From positions 34,705 to 98,704 of the forward strand of contig CAVPUH010000006.1 of NCBI GenBank assembly GCA_963708795.1: DNA of 64,000 nt. The letters run 5' to 3'. The position numbers and the translations under genes were made by a program. Positions 42,730-55,131 of this stretch are shown piece by piece. The notes under the pieces are model-generated. The model did not search any database, was not told the origin of the DNA, and saw nothing but the letters and a program-made list of their open reading frames with translations. This DNA comes from an uncultured Actinomycetota bacterium. GTDB taxonomy: Bacteria; Actinomycetota; Actinomycetes; Propionibacteriales; DAIQRJ01. Within the stretch, counting starts at the first letter, position 1, and each line of letters starts with the position of its first letter.

Positions 42730-43422
42730 CTAGCCGACCGCCGTGCACACGCAGGCCTTGTTGCCGTCCTGATCGGCGACCACGGTGAAGGACGGCGCCT
42801 GGCTGGCGTCCACCACGACGCCGCCGGCCGCAATGGCGGCAGCGATGCGTTGCCCGGCGACCTCGGGCGGTACCCAGACGTCGATGTGGAAGCGCTGACG
42901 CGGCGTCTCGTGCTCCTCCGTGTCCTGGAACCACAGGATCGGCACCCGCCTCGTCAGGTCCCGCACGTCGTCGCCGATCGTCCCGCGGCCGGTGGCGTCG
43001 GGGTTTCCGGTCAACAGCGCTGACCACACCGGCGCGATCATCGGGGCGTGGGCCGTGTCCAGCGCGAGCTCGATCGTCGTGATCGACGCCGGGTCGGGGG
43101 TGACCGACTGTTCGACGGCGAGCGCGGAGATCCGTTGGGCGAGGTCGACGTCCGCCTGCGTCGCCCACTCCACGACATGCTCATTGCCGTCGCCGTCGCG
43201 GTAGACGGCATCCCGACTCAAGAGCGTCAGGTCGACCGACCCGTCGCCGAGGGTCGCCCGCAGATGCGCACCGACGTCGTCGCTCACCCGGCCCACGGCG
43301 GCGACGAATCGCACGCCGATCCCGAAGTCGTCCACCAGATAGCGGGCGTGGAGCCCCTGACCCAGCTTGCGCCAGTCGGTGAGTCCGGTCGCGGCGAGCT
43401 GCTTGTCCGTCAGCATGTCCAT
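42730..43422 (-). CDS. pterin-4a-carbinolamine-dehydratase-like domain fused to a VOC/glyoxalase-like domain
   Basis: ORF 42730..43422. The N-terminal ~100 aa (LTDWRKL..LHARY..F..GVRFVAAV) are PCD-like. The C-terminal part has RQRFHIDVWVP..FTVVADQDGNKACV, which is VOC-like. Confidence 0.6.
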   Translation of the reverse strand: MDMLTDKQLAATGLTDWRKLGQGLHARYLVDDFGIGVRFVAAVGRVSDDVGAHLRATLGDGSVDLTLLSRDAVYRDGDGNEHVVEWATQADVDLAQRISALAVEQSVTPDPASITTIELALDTAHAPMIAPVWSALLTGNPDATGRGTIGDDVRDLTRRVPILWFQDTEEHETPRQRFHIDVWVPPEVAGQRIAAAIAAGGVVVDASQAPSFTVVADQDGNKACVCTAVG

Positions 43423-43483
43423 GGCCAGACGGTAACGCCGGGTGCGGACGTTTCCCGTCCGGAATCTCTGTCAGGGTGGACGG

Positions 43484-45874
<2,391 letters not shown>

Positions 45875-45958
45875 GGTCTCTCCATCTGTCTGGCGGAGCC
45901 GCGGCCGGTGTCCGCCTGTGCCGGTCGTGTCGATCTAACCAGGACGACGGGCCCGCGC

Positions 45959-46315
45959 TCATCGATCCTGGAGCACTCCGAGCACGTTGCCGTCAGGATC
46001 GGTGAAGGTGGCCACCAGTCGCCCGCCACCCACCTCGTGCGCGGCCTCGGTGACGGAGCCACCGGCCGCGGTGACCTCCGCCAGCTTGGCCTCGATGTCG
46101 GCGACCTTCCAGTACGTCACGGGAGACGTCGTGCCCTGAGCCGCGCCATTGGGAACGAGGCCGATGTGCTGGCCGGCGGCCTCATAGCCGACGTAGTAGG
46201 GCGCGTCGGCGGACGGCTCCACGCCCAGCAGGGCGGTGTACACCGCCTTGGCCGCCGTCAGATCGGTGACGGGGTGCAGGACGACGGTGATTCCCTCGGT
46301 GCTCGAGCCGGACAT
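45959..46315 (-). CDS. VOC family protein (glyoxalase/bleomycin-resistance fold)
   Basis: ORF 45959..46315, 118 aa, a single beta-alpha-beta-beta-beta pair domain (..TFTDPDGNVLGVLQ). Confidence 0.8.
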   Translation of the reverse strand: MSGSSTEGITVVLHPVTDLTAAKAVYTALLGVEPSADAPYYVGYEAAGQHIGLVPNGAAQGTTSPVTYWKVADIEAKLAEVTAAGGSVTEAAHEVGGGRLVATFTDPDGNVLGVLQDR

Positions 46316-46373
46316 GATGGAGCCCTTTCGGTCGTGGGTCGATTGGATCTGCTGATTGGACGGATGGCGCGGG

Positions 46374-46784
<411 letters not shown>

Positions 46785-46793
46785 GCGGGAAGG

Positions 46794-47237
46794 CTAGGCG
46801 CGCGTCGGCACCCGTGCTTCTCGATTCCTGATCGGCCTGGTGACCTGTCTCGACACGCACGACGGGATCTCCGCCGTCGCGGGCGCGGCCTGACGCCGGT
46901 ACTCGCTCGGCGGCATGCCCACGAGTTCGGTGAAGCGCGTGCTGAACGTACCCAGCGACGAGCAGCCGACGGCGAAGCACACATCGGTGACACTGAGATC
47001 TCCGCGGCGCAGAAGCGCCATGGCACGTTCGATCCGCCGGGTCATCAGGTAGGCGTACGGCGATTCCCCGTACGCCAGTTTGAACTCCCGGCTCAGATGA
47101 CCCGCTGACATGTGCGCGCCGCGGGCCAGCGCCTCGACGTCCAGCGGCTGTGCGTACTCACGATCCATGCGGTCGCGGACCCTGCGCAGGCGCACCAGAT
47201 CACTCAAATGCTGCTCCTGGGCGGCTGTGCCGGTCAC
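46794..47237 (-). CDS. AraC-family HTH-only transcriptional regulator
   Basis: ORF 46794..47444. GTG 47237 is chosen because the upstream part overlaps the preceding gene. Double HTH ..HMSAGHLSREFKLAYGESPYAYLMTRRIERA...VGCSSLGTFSTRFTELVG. Confidence 0.75.
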   Translation of the reverse strand: MTGTAAQEQHLSDLVRLRRVRDRMDREYAQPLDVEALARGAHMSAGHLSREFKLAYGESPYAYLMTRRIERAMALLRRGDLSVTDVCFAVGCSSLGTFSTRFTELVGMPPSEYRRQAAPATAEIPSCVSRQVTRPIRNREARVPTRA

Positions 47238-47263
47238 ACGCGCGATGGTGCCACAGGTGCGGG

Positions 47264-49330
47264 TCAGGACGCCACGAACGGTTGGATCGTCCAGACGTCG
47301 CCGGTGGTCGAGGTCGAGATCCATCTGCTCTGGAATGGTCGCCCGTCGTGGGCGAGTCCCTCCTTGCACGAGCGGTTCATGAGGTGGACGCGGTCGCCGA
47401 AGCGCACCGGACCGCCTGTGTCCTGGACCTTCTGGATCCGCCACAGTTCGTTGTCGGCATAGGGTCCGTCGAGGTAGAGGCCGTACCAGTAGCAGTCGTG
47501 GGAGTCGCTCCAGGCACCGAGCACATCAGCCGAGACCAGTCCTGCCTCCTTGGAGACGAGCCACACCTCGTCGCCGTCGTCGACCTGGCCGGCGTCGGGG
47601 TCGGCGTTCTGGAGGATCAGGGGCACCTTGCCGGCTTCGGCTCCCAACGTGGGGAACAAGGCCGCCAGGTTGAGGTCGACGGCGAGATCGCCGAGGAGGT
47701 TCGGCAGATCGGACCGCTTCAGGGCCTGCTCGAAGGGCGACAGGTACGTGCCGTTGGCGTTCTGGAGAACGAACTGATCGCCGTAGGCCAGCGGATCGCC
47801 CGTGGACCGGGCGACGTCCAGGAACGCAAGATCGCCGGAGTCCGTCCTCGGCTCGTCCAGCTCGAGGACCGTGTCGAACGTCGGGGTGTTCGCGGTCCGT
47901 TGCCCGAAGTCGGCCGCGTCCTCGGCGATCCCCAGGAGCTTCAGTGTCGTCGCGATGATCGACGTGTGGTCGTACTCCACGTCGGTGGTCGAGCGGAAGA
48001 CGCTGCCCTTCGGGACGTACGGCGAGACGAGGATCGTGGGCACCCGGGCGCCAAGGCGCTTGAAGTCGAACCCCGTGGAACTGGCGTAGGGCGGATGGCC
48101 GTTGTCGCCCCACGGCGGGATGACGTCGGGAGGCACGACGTGGTCGAACGAACCGACGAACTCGTCGAAGGTGATGAGCAACGCGGTCTTCGACCACGCG
48201 ACGGGGTCGGCGATGAGGCTCTCGTAGACGGACTTGACGAAGTCCTCGCCGACGAGCAGGTTCGACGGTGGGTGATAGTCGTTGCCGAGGGCGGTCAACG
48301 CACGGTGAGTGGTGTCGTCGGTGCCGCTCTGGGAGATCGTCCAGTACGGCTCGATGCAGCTGAACGCCGGCAGGTTCCCGGCCCGCGCGAGTGAATGGAA
48401 CTCGTCGAGTTGGGCGAAGTTCGCAGCGGCGCCGGCGATCTGCTGGATCTGCGGGAAGAGACGCCACGTGTAGCACGACGTCAACGTGCCGGAGGAGAGC
48501 TCGGCCAGGTACGACGAATACGGTTGGATCAGCTTCAGCAGATCGACCAAGGGGCCGAATTCGGGTCCCAGCGCGGCGAGGACATCGACGACGCCCATGA
48601 GTTCGGAGATCTTCTGCGGTAGATAGCTCGTCTGCCAGAAGACCTTCCAATCGAGCCCGGCGTCGTGAACCGCGTTGACGATCGTCCGACCCGGGAACCG
48701 GTCGTCGCCGATCCGCATGCCCAGGATCTTCTCGAGCTCGATGGCCCGTGGGTCGGTCTCGAGTTCGCCGTTGTTCACGAGCCCGTCGGACGTTCCGCAG
48801 AGCGAGAACGCGCGATTGGGGTTCGTCTGTGACGGCACCGACGCGAACCACGCGTCGCTGACGGCGTAGTGGCGCGCGAGCTGATTCAGCACCGGAAGCT
48901 GGGTCGGCGTGTAGGACTGCATGATCGACGGTGCGCGCCGCGCGATATCGGGACCGGAGTACTTGAACGACTGCATCACGTCGACGAAGTCGGTGAGAAC
49001 GCCGGTCATCGTCGGAACGGCATCAGGGGCCGGTGTCGGCGTCCCGTAGAACTGCGTGGTGACGTGTTCGAACTCCTCCCCCGGATCCGGGGTCGGGACG
49101 GTGAATCCTTCCGCCCCGCGCACCGGCGGCGACGACAGAGCACCGTTCTCAGCGGTGTTGGTGAATGCAGCGAGGTCGATACCGGCCAGGCCGCGGAATC
49201 GATCGCCGTCCGCGGCAGGGGGAATGTTCACCAATGGGGCGTCGGCCTCATACAGCCATCCGAGGAGGCTGTCGAACGAGTGGTTTTCCAGCATGAGAAC
49301 CACGACGTGTTCGATCTTCCCAGAAGACAT
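47264..49330 (-). CDS. phosphoesterase family protein (phospholipase C / AcpA type) with a C-terminal threefold-repeat domain
   Basis: ORF 47264..49330. It starts directly with KIEHVVVLMLENHSFDSLLG, with no signal peptide. The C-terminal ~200 aa carry YGDQFVLQN, DGDEVWLVS and FGDRVHLMN repeats. Confidence 0.8.
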   Translation of the reverse strand: MSSGKIEHVVVLMLENHSFDSLLGWLYEADAPLVNIPPAADGDRFRGLAGIDLAAFTNTAENGALSSPPVRGAEGFTVPTPDPGEEFEHVTTQFYGTPTPAPDAVPTMTGVLTDFVDVMQSFKYSGPDIARRAPSIMQSYTPTQLPVLNQLARHYAVSDAWFASVPSQTNPNRAFSLCGTSDGLVNNGELETDPRAIELEKILGMRIGDDRFPGRTIVNAVHDAGLDWKVFWQTSYLPQKISELMGVVDVLAALGPEFGPLVDLLKLIQPYSSYLAELSSGTLTSCYTWRLFPQIQQIAGAAANFAQLDEFHSLARAGNLPAFSCIEPYWTISQSGTDDTTHRALTALGNDYHPPSNLLVGEDFVKSVYESLIADPVAWSKTALLITFDEFVGSFDHVVPPDVIPPWGDNGHPPYASSTGFDFKRLGARVPTILVSPYVPKGSVFRSTTDVEYDHTSIIATTLKLLGIAEDAADFGQRTANTPTFDTVLELDEPRTDSGDLAFLDVARSTGDPLAYGDQFVLQNANGTYLSPFEQALKRSDLPNLLGDLAVDLNLAALFPTLGAEAGKVPLILQNADPDAGQVDDGDEVWLVSKEAGLVSADVLGAWSDSHDCYWYGLYLDGPYADNELWRIQKVQDTGGPVRFGDRVHLMNRSCKEGLAHDGRPFQSRWISTSTTGDVWTIQPFVAS

Positions 49331-49406
49331 CTGATGACCTCCAGGGTCACGCGCAGGGGATGTCTCGGAACGTACTCGGGTGGTGACCGCGCGTCCAGCC
49401 CGGCCT

Positions 49407-49419
49407 GTTGACAGTCAAC
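49407..49419. promoter_or_regulatory. perfect palindrome GTTGAC-A-GTCAAC in a divergent intergenic region
   Basis: Read directly from the sequence. It contains TTGACA (-35-like) and lies between the phosphoesterase start (49330) and the secreted-protein start (49487). Confidence 0.35.
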
Positions 49420-49486
49420 CGGTCCATTCCATGGGTCCGCGTTAGGGTCCTCACACACCGATCAGCTACGAGAAGGGCAACCCAGC

Positions 49487-49876
49487 ATGAGGCTCATCCA
49501 GATCGTCCGCAGCCTGGCGGCGATCGTCGTCGTCACCGGTGGACTCGCGTTCGCCACGGCCGGCACGGCGGAGGCTCGTCCCTACGTGGCCGACCTCTTC
49601 ATCGGCGGTGACATGGCTGCATGGACCTCGTTCGAGTCCGACGGCGAGCATTTCACCGCGTGCGATCGCGACAAGGACGGGTTCTCGGCAGCGGTCGTCT
49701 GGAAGGTCCCCGGTTCGTCCGGGCAACAGGTGGTGTGGGCCACGGGCAAGGGCAAGTGCAAGGGCTTCAACGACTCGATCACGGAAGGAGTGAGGATCAC
49801 GTTCAAGGCCTGCATCGGTCACTCCTACCAGGCCGGCTTCGCCAAGTGCTCGCCATGGGAAGGTGCCGTCGCCTAG
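49487..49876 (+). CDS. small secreted hypothetical protein (signal peptide, 4 Cys)
   Basis: ORF 49487..49876. MRLIQIVRSLAAIVVVTGGLAFATAGTAEA is signal-like. No family recognised. Confidence 0.55.
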   Translation: MRLIQIVRSLAAIVVVTGGLAFATAGTAEARPYVADLFIGGDMAAWTSFESDGEHFTACDRDKDGFSAAVVWKVPGSSGQQVVWATGKGKCKGFNDSITEGVRITFKACIGHSYQAGFAKCSPWEGAVA

Positions 49877-49900
49877 GGCGGACGTGACCCCTGACGCCGG

Positions 49901-51619
49901 TCAGCGACGGGTCCAGGCGGGCGCCGAGAAATCGGTGCCGGCGATGCCGAGAGCGTGCTTGCCGCCGCCCGCCTTGGAGTTCATCACCCAGGTACGTGCC
50001 GTCGGTGAGCCGACGTTGCTCTTGTAGGCGATCCGTTTACCGTCCGGCGACCACGTCGGGTCCTGCTCGGACGCGGCCTTCGTGGTCAGCCGGCGTAGCG
50101 CCGACCCGTCGGCGCGGACGACATACACGTCGCTGTTGCCCGTCGTCCGCCGCCGGAACGCCACCTGCGTCCCGTCCGGGGACCAGGCCGGGTCCGAATC
50201 CGCTCCGGGCCGATCCGTCGATGTCAGCTTCCTGACGATGGACGTCCCGTCGCCGCTGGCCACCACCAGATTGCCGCCGTCGCGGCCGGGTGAGACGTCG
50301 GCCACGAACACGAGTTGGGTGCCGTCCGGTGAGAACGACGGATCGGCGACCTTCCCTGCCTGCCCCGCGTCCGCGACCTCACGGATCACGCTGCCGTCCG
50401 TGTGGACGAGGTAGAGGTGCCAGACGCCGGACGCGTCCGTGCACGGAATGGCCAGCACGGTGGGGTCGACCGGGTTCCACGCCGGCCGGGCGATGTCTCG
50501 AGTGCACACGTCCGGCGTCGTCGCGAACAGGGTGCGATCACCGGACCCGTCGGCGGCCCCCGCGACCCTCAACGTCGGCTGATCGGTGGCAGCGTCGGCG
50601 GTGCTGTGGTGGATGTAGACGATCGTGCGGCGGTCGGGTGAGATCGCGACGCTCGCGTCCGACGCCGGGTCCGACGTCAGCCTGGTGATCACCTGGCCCG
50701 TGTCGGCGTCGCCCAGGTACAGGTCACGATTGCCGTCGACGACCGCCGGAACGATGAACTGGGTGTCCCCCAACGGCTGGGACGTCGGCAGCGCATCGGC
50801 GACCGGAGAGTCGTCGGACCTGAAGAACTCGAAGTAGACGAACACCGCGGCCGCCGCGAGGACGAGCACACCGATGCCGATCGCGACCATCGCGATGAGC
50901 TTCCCTCGCCCAGACGCCGGCGGCTCGCTTGTGCCGGTCGCAGGACCTTCCGGCGGTGGGGTCGCGGTGGGGTCGGTCGGTGTCGGCACTGACGTCGCCG
51001 GGTCACCGGAGGGGGCGACCAGCGGTTCGGCGGTCGGCGCGCCTGCGGCAGCTGCCGTGGCGGGCACCGCGGCAGCATCGATCTCAGGGACGACTGGTGC
51101 CTCGACGGTCGGTGTCTCGACCGCGGCGGTTTCGACAGGTGCCTCGGCCGCAGGAGTTTCGACGGCGGGGGTTGCGACAGATGCCTCGACGACAGGTGCC
51201 TCGACCGCGGGTGTTTCGACAGATGCCTCGGCGGCCGGTGATTCGACCGCGGCGGTTGCGACAGATGCCTCGACCGCCGGTGTCTCGACCTCGGGCGGGG
51301 CCACGTCTGTCGTGGCCGGCAGTGCCGCACTGGCGTCGGCGTACGTCGCCGTGTTCGGAGGCCACGACGCCGCGGGTGCGACCGGTGTGCCGGCGGCCGA
51401 CGTGGACGGACTGCCCGCCCACCACGCACCGGACGCGGAAGCGGACGGACCCAATGTCGGATTGGGTGAAGGGTTGGCGTCGTCGACCGGCGGTGCGTCG
51501 GGGTCGGCAGGAGTCGCCGGCGGCGGGCCGAGTCGGGGCGCGGCTTCGTCGGTCGTGACGTCTGTCGCTTCCGGTGGGACCGGAGTCGGCGGGGTCGCCG
51601 GCGGCGTCGGTTCGCTCAT
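49901..51619 (-). CDS. single-pass membrane protein with Pro/Thr/Ala-rich N-terminus and TolB-like (PD40) beta-propeller
   Basis: Internal ATG 51619 of ORF 49901..52117. TM segment LIAMVAIGIGVLVLAAAAVFVYF. Repeated SPDG/SPDR propeller motifs in the C-terminal part. Confidence 0.75.
   Translation of the reverse strand: MSEPTPPATPPTPVPPEATDVTTDEAAPRLGPPPATPADPDAPPVDDANPSPNPTLGPSASASGAWWAGSPSTSAAGTPVAPAASWPPNTATYADASAALPATTDVAPPEVETPAVEASVATAAVESPAAEASVETPAVEAPVVEASVATPAVETPAAEAPVETAAVETPTVEAPVVPEIDAAAVPATAAAAGAPTAEPLVAPSGDPATSVPTPTDPTATPPPEGPATGTSEPPASGRGKLIAMVAIGIGVLVLAAAAVFVYFEFFRSDDSPVADALPTSQPLGDTQFIVPAVVDGNRDLYLGDADTGQVITRLTSDPASDASVAISPDRRTIVYIHHSTADAATDQPTLRVAGAADGSGDRTLFATTPDVCTRDIARPAWNPVDPTVLAIPCTDASGVWHLYLVHTDGSVIREVADAGQAGKVADPSFSPDGTQLVFVADVSPGRDGGNLVVASGDGTSIVRKLTSTDRPGADSDPAWSPDGTQVAFRRRTTGNSDVYVVRADGSALRRLTTKAASEQDPTWSPDGKRIAYKSNVGSPTARTWVMNSKAGGGKHALGIAGTDFSAPAWTRR
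51096..51290 (-). repeat. imperfect ~15-nt coding tandem repeat (VETPA/VEAPV pentapeptides)
   Basis: Translates to EVETPAVEASVATAAVESPAAEASVETPAVEAPVVEASVATPAVETPAAEAPVETAAVETPTVEAPVV inside the gene above. Confidence 0.6.
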
Positions 51620-51784
51620 CGGAGCACCAGTGGTAGCGGCACGAGACCCTCGCAAGCTCGACGTGGTTGTCGTTGAGAGAGGGGCACGACATGCGGCCGG
51701 CAATACATCGTGCCGGCGGACGGATCGATCGGGCGCTGTTAGCGTGGCGCGCCGAGCGTCCGCCGACCATCCGAACAGGCCTCC

Positions 51785-52788
51785 ATGACTCCGACGATCT
51801 GGGACAGCTTCTCCTCCGACTACCGCGAGAACTGCCTGTCCTGGCAGCACCCCGACCGGCCGTTGCTGCCGCCCGGCGGCCCCGACTGGCGTAGCCGGTG
51901 GACGGCCAACCCCGACATCCTCGATGTCGACGGCCGGCGACTCGTCTACTTCCGCGGAAACGGAACCCTGGCGAACGACGAGCACCTGCACGACCGGCTC
52001 GGAGTCGCCGAGCTCGTAGCCGACACCGACACCGACGGCGTCCTCGGCCTGCGGCATCTCGCCGGCGACCGGCCGGTCGTCGACGTCGGTGCGCCCGGTT
52101 CCTTCGACGATCAGCACGTGCTCGATCCGGCGGCGGTGCAGTTCGGTGGCCGGATCTTCCTGTACTACTCGGCCGTGGGCACCGGACCCGACTCGATCGG
52201 CCTCGCCGTCAGTGACGATGGCGAGCGGTTCGACAAGGTCGGCCGGGTCCTGCGCAGGCCGGGCACCCGAGGTCGTCGAACGAGACGGGCTGCTGCATCT
52301 GTTCTTCCAGGTCCAGCGCGGCGAGGGCTACGAACTCCATGTCGTCACCTCGTCGGACGGTTTCGACTTCGGGCCTCTCGACACGGCCGAGCCGGCCGTG
52401 TTCGCCCCGAGCGCCGGCAGTTGGGACGCTCAGTCGATCATCACCGCTCGGATCAGCCGCGATGGTGACGCCTACCTCATGGTCTACGCGGGGAGTCCGG
52501 ACTCATTGGACGAACCCGAGTACGTCGGCCTGGCACGGTCCACCGACCTGCGGACCTGGGAGCGGCATCCCGGCAATCCGGTGTTCGGGCGGGGGCCCGG
52601 TCGGGGCTGTCGACGGGGGCGCCATCTGGTTCCCCGCGCTCGTCCCGACCGAGAACGGGCTCGCGATGCTCTACGAGGGCAGCCGTGGCCGCTATGCCTG
52701 GGACCTCTCGTCGCAGCTGTGCCTCGCGACCAAGCCGCGTCCGGACGTGGCCGCACCTCCGCTCATCGGATCCGTCTCGACCTCGTGA
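51785..52788 (+). pseudogene. five-bladed beta-propeller glycoside-hydrolase-like protein (GH43/GH130/DUF377-like), frame breaks near 52250 and 52593
   Basis: Three ORFs (51785.., 52089.., 52339..52788) join to ..VLDPAAVQFGGRIFLYYSAVG..IGLAVSDDGERF..LHLFFQ..YLMVYAG..IWFPALVP..LAMLYEG. The second break lies in a G5 run at 52591-52595. Confidence 0.5.
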
Positions 52789-52819
52789 TGGCTCGGGTCG
52801 GCTCGTTATCGTTCCTGCC

Positions 52820-54262
52820 ATGACGCAGCTCTTCTCGCAGACCACCCGTCCCGGTGCACTCCCCCGCGACACCCCGGAATCCCAGGGTCTCCCGTCCGGC
52901 GCGATCGGAGCCTTCCTCGACCAGGTGGCGGAATCGGGCATCGAGCTGCACAGCCTCATGGTCCTGCGGCACGGCACCGTCGTAGCCGAGGGCTGGTGGA
53001 AACCGTACGAGCCGGACGGTCTGCATCTGCTCTACTCCCTCAGCAAGAGCTTCACGTCGACGGCGATCGGCCTGGCTGCGGCCGAGGGTCTGCTGTCGAT
53101 CGACGACCTCGTGACGTCGTTCTTCCCGGAGATCGACGCCGACACGCTCGACCCGTCGGTGCGCCGGATGAAGGTCCGACACCTCCTGAGCATGGCGTCG
53201 GGCCACCGCGAGGACACCATCGGCCGCCTGCGGGAGATCGGTGGCGACGACCCGGTGGCCGCGTTCCTGTCGATCGTGCCCGAGGAGGAACCGGGTACGT
53301 GGTTCACCTACAACCAGGGCTGCACCCTGACGCTGTCGGTGATCATCACCCGGCTCACGGGCCTGCGCGTCGAGGAGTTCCTGCGGCCGCGGTTGTTCGC
53401 CAAGCTCGGGATCGAGGAGTCGTACTGGGCCGGGATCGGGCGGTACGACCTCGGCTTCTCGGGGCTGCACCTGTGCACCGATGCGATCGCCCGGCTCGGG
53501 CAGCTCTACCTGCAACGGGGCGAGTGGGAAGGCGAGCAGCTGCTTTCCCCCGAGTGGGTCGCCGAGGCCTCGCGTGTGCAGGTCGAGAACCCGCGCGAAC
53601 CCAATCCCGACTGGCGACAGGGTTACGGGTTCCAGTTCTGGATGTGCCGGCACGACGCGTACCGGGGCGACGGCGCCTACGGCCAGTTCTGCGTCGTGCT
53701 GCCGGACCAGGACTCAGTGCTCGCGATCACCTCGGCCACCGGCGACATGCAAGGCATCCTCGACGCGGCCTGGGCCCACCTGCTGCCGGCGTTCGGAGAT
53801 CCCGCGGCCGACGACACCAGCGCGGCCGGCGCCCTGCGGAGCCGTCTGGACGCCACGAGTCTGGCGACCGTCGAGGGCGGCGCATCAGGCGGCACGGAGG
53901 GCGCGTGGTCCGTGTCGGCCACGTCCGCGGACAGTGCCGTCCAGTCGGTCCGGGTGTCGGGATCGGCCGACGCAGGCTGGCAGGTCGAGGTCGACGACGG
54001 CGACGCGACCTACGTCGTCCCGTGCGCGCACGGGTCTTGGGTGAGCGAGGATCAGGTGCTCGCCAACGGTGCACGCATCGCGACCGCAGCGTGTGCGGCA
54101 TGGACGAGCGAGACCACCTTCGCGATCGAACTGGCGCTGATCCACACCCCGCACCGACTCACGCTCGAGTGCGACCCGCAGGCGGGCACACTCCTGGCGA
54201 CGTGGCGAACGGCACCGCTCGGGCCGACCCGGCCGTCGCATCTCGCGCTCACACCGCGCTGA
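52820..54262 (+). CDS. serine hydrolase (beta-lactamase / PBP-like, class C type fold)
   Basis: ATG 52820 within ORF 52685..54262. SxxK motif YSLSKSFTS. Confidence 0.8.
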   Translation: MTQLFSQTTRPGALPRDTPESQGLPSGAIGAFLDQVAESGIELHSLMVLRHGTVVAEGWWKPYEPDGLHLLYSLSKSFTSTAIGLAAAEGLLSIDDLVTSFFPEIDADTLDPSVRRMKVRHLLSMASGHREDTIGRLREIGGDDPVAAFLSIVPEEEPGTWFTYNQGCTLTLSVIITRLTGLRVEEFLRPRLFAKLGIEESYWAGIGRYDLGFSGLHLCTDAIARLGQLYLQRGEWEGEQLLSPEWVAEASRVQVENPREPNPDWRQGYGFQFWMCRHDAYRGDGAYGQFCVVLPDQDSVLAITSATGDMQGILDAAWAHLLPAFGDPAADDTSAAGALRSRLDATSLATVEGGASGGTEGAWSVSATSADSAVQSVRVSGSADAGWQVEVDDGDATYVVPCAHGSWVSEDQVLANGARIATAACAAWTSETTFAIELALIHTPHRLTLECDPQAGTLLATWRTAPLGPTRPSHLALTPR

Positions 54263-54476
54263 CGTCCCGCTGCCGGCAACCGCTGGTCGACTGGTGAACC
54301 GACGGCCCGGCTGACACGTTGACCTCGATGGTGCGTGACGACCATTACCGAGGCGCCCTGACGACACCGGTATTCCGGGTCGCCCGCGACACTCTCGACT
54401 GGGGCATGCGCCAGTCCGGTCGGTATGACCGGTCTGGTACACATGTCGGGATTGCTCTGCGAAAGGGCGTAGTCAC

Positions 54477-55077
54477 GTGCGCACCCCCATCGACGAACGC
54501 AACACGTCGACGAGGATCCTCGACGCGGCCGAACGGCTCGTGCAGGAGCGAGGCTTCAACGGGTTCAGCTACGCCGACATCGCCGACGAACTGGGCGTCA
54601 GCAAGGCCGCATTGCATTACCACTTCGCTGGGAAAGCGGAGCTGGGCGAAACTCTCATCCTGCGGTACAGCTGCGAGATTCGCTGAAGCGCTGCGCCAGA
54701 TCAGCGCATCCGACCTCGACGCGCTCGGCTGTATCCACGCCTACGCCGACCTCTACCTCGACGTGCTCCGCCGTGAGCGCATGTGCCTCTGCGGAATGCT
54801 GGCAGCCGAGTTCCAGACGTTGCCGTCACCGATGCAACTGGCGGTGACCCGGTTCTTCGACGACAACGAGCGCTGGCTCGTCCGCGTGCTGCAGTCCGGC
54901 CGATCCTCGGCGCAGCTCTCGTTCGCGGCCGAACCGCGCGATGCGGCCCGATCGATCATCGCGACGCTCGAAGGCGCGATGCTCGTCGCCCGTGCCTACC
55001 GCCAGGACGGCGCCGACAGGTTCCAGGCCGCGGTGGCGATCCTGCTCGGTGTCGTCACCGCGGAGTCCGTGCGCTGA
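54477..55077 (+). pseudogene. TetR family transcriptional regulator, frame break near 54670
   Basis: GTG 54477 gives ..RILDAAERLVQERGFNGFSYADIADELGVSKAALHYHF.. (ORF 54477..54686). The ligand domain continues in ORF 54319..55077. Confidence 0.8.
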
Positions 55078-55131
55078 TCGGCGAGGCGGCCGAGCCGCTT
55101 GGCCGATCACGCGCTCAGCTCTGTCGGCCGG

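Noticed and set aside
47150-48394. 414-aa forward ORF
   Set aside because: It is antisense to the phosphoesterase gene, so it is a shadow ORF.
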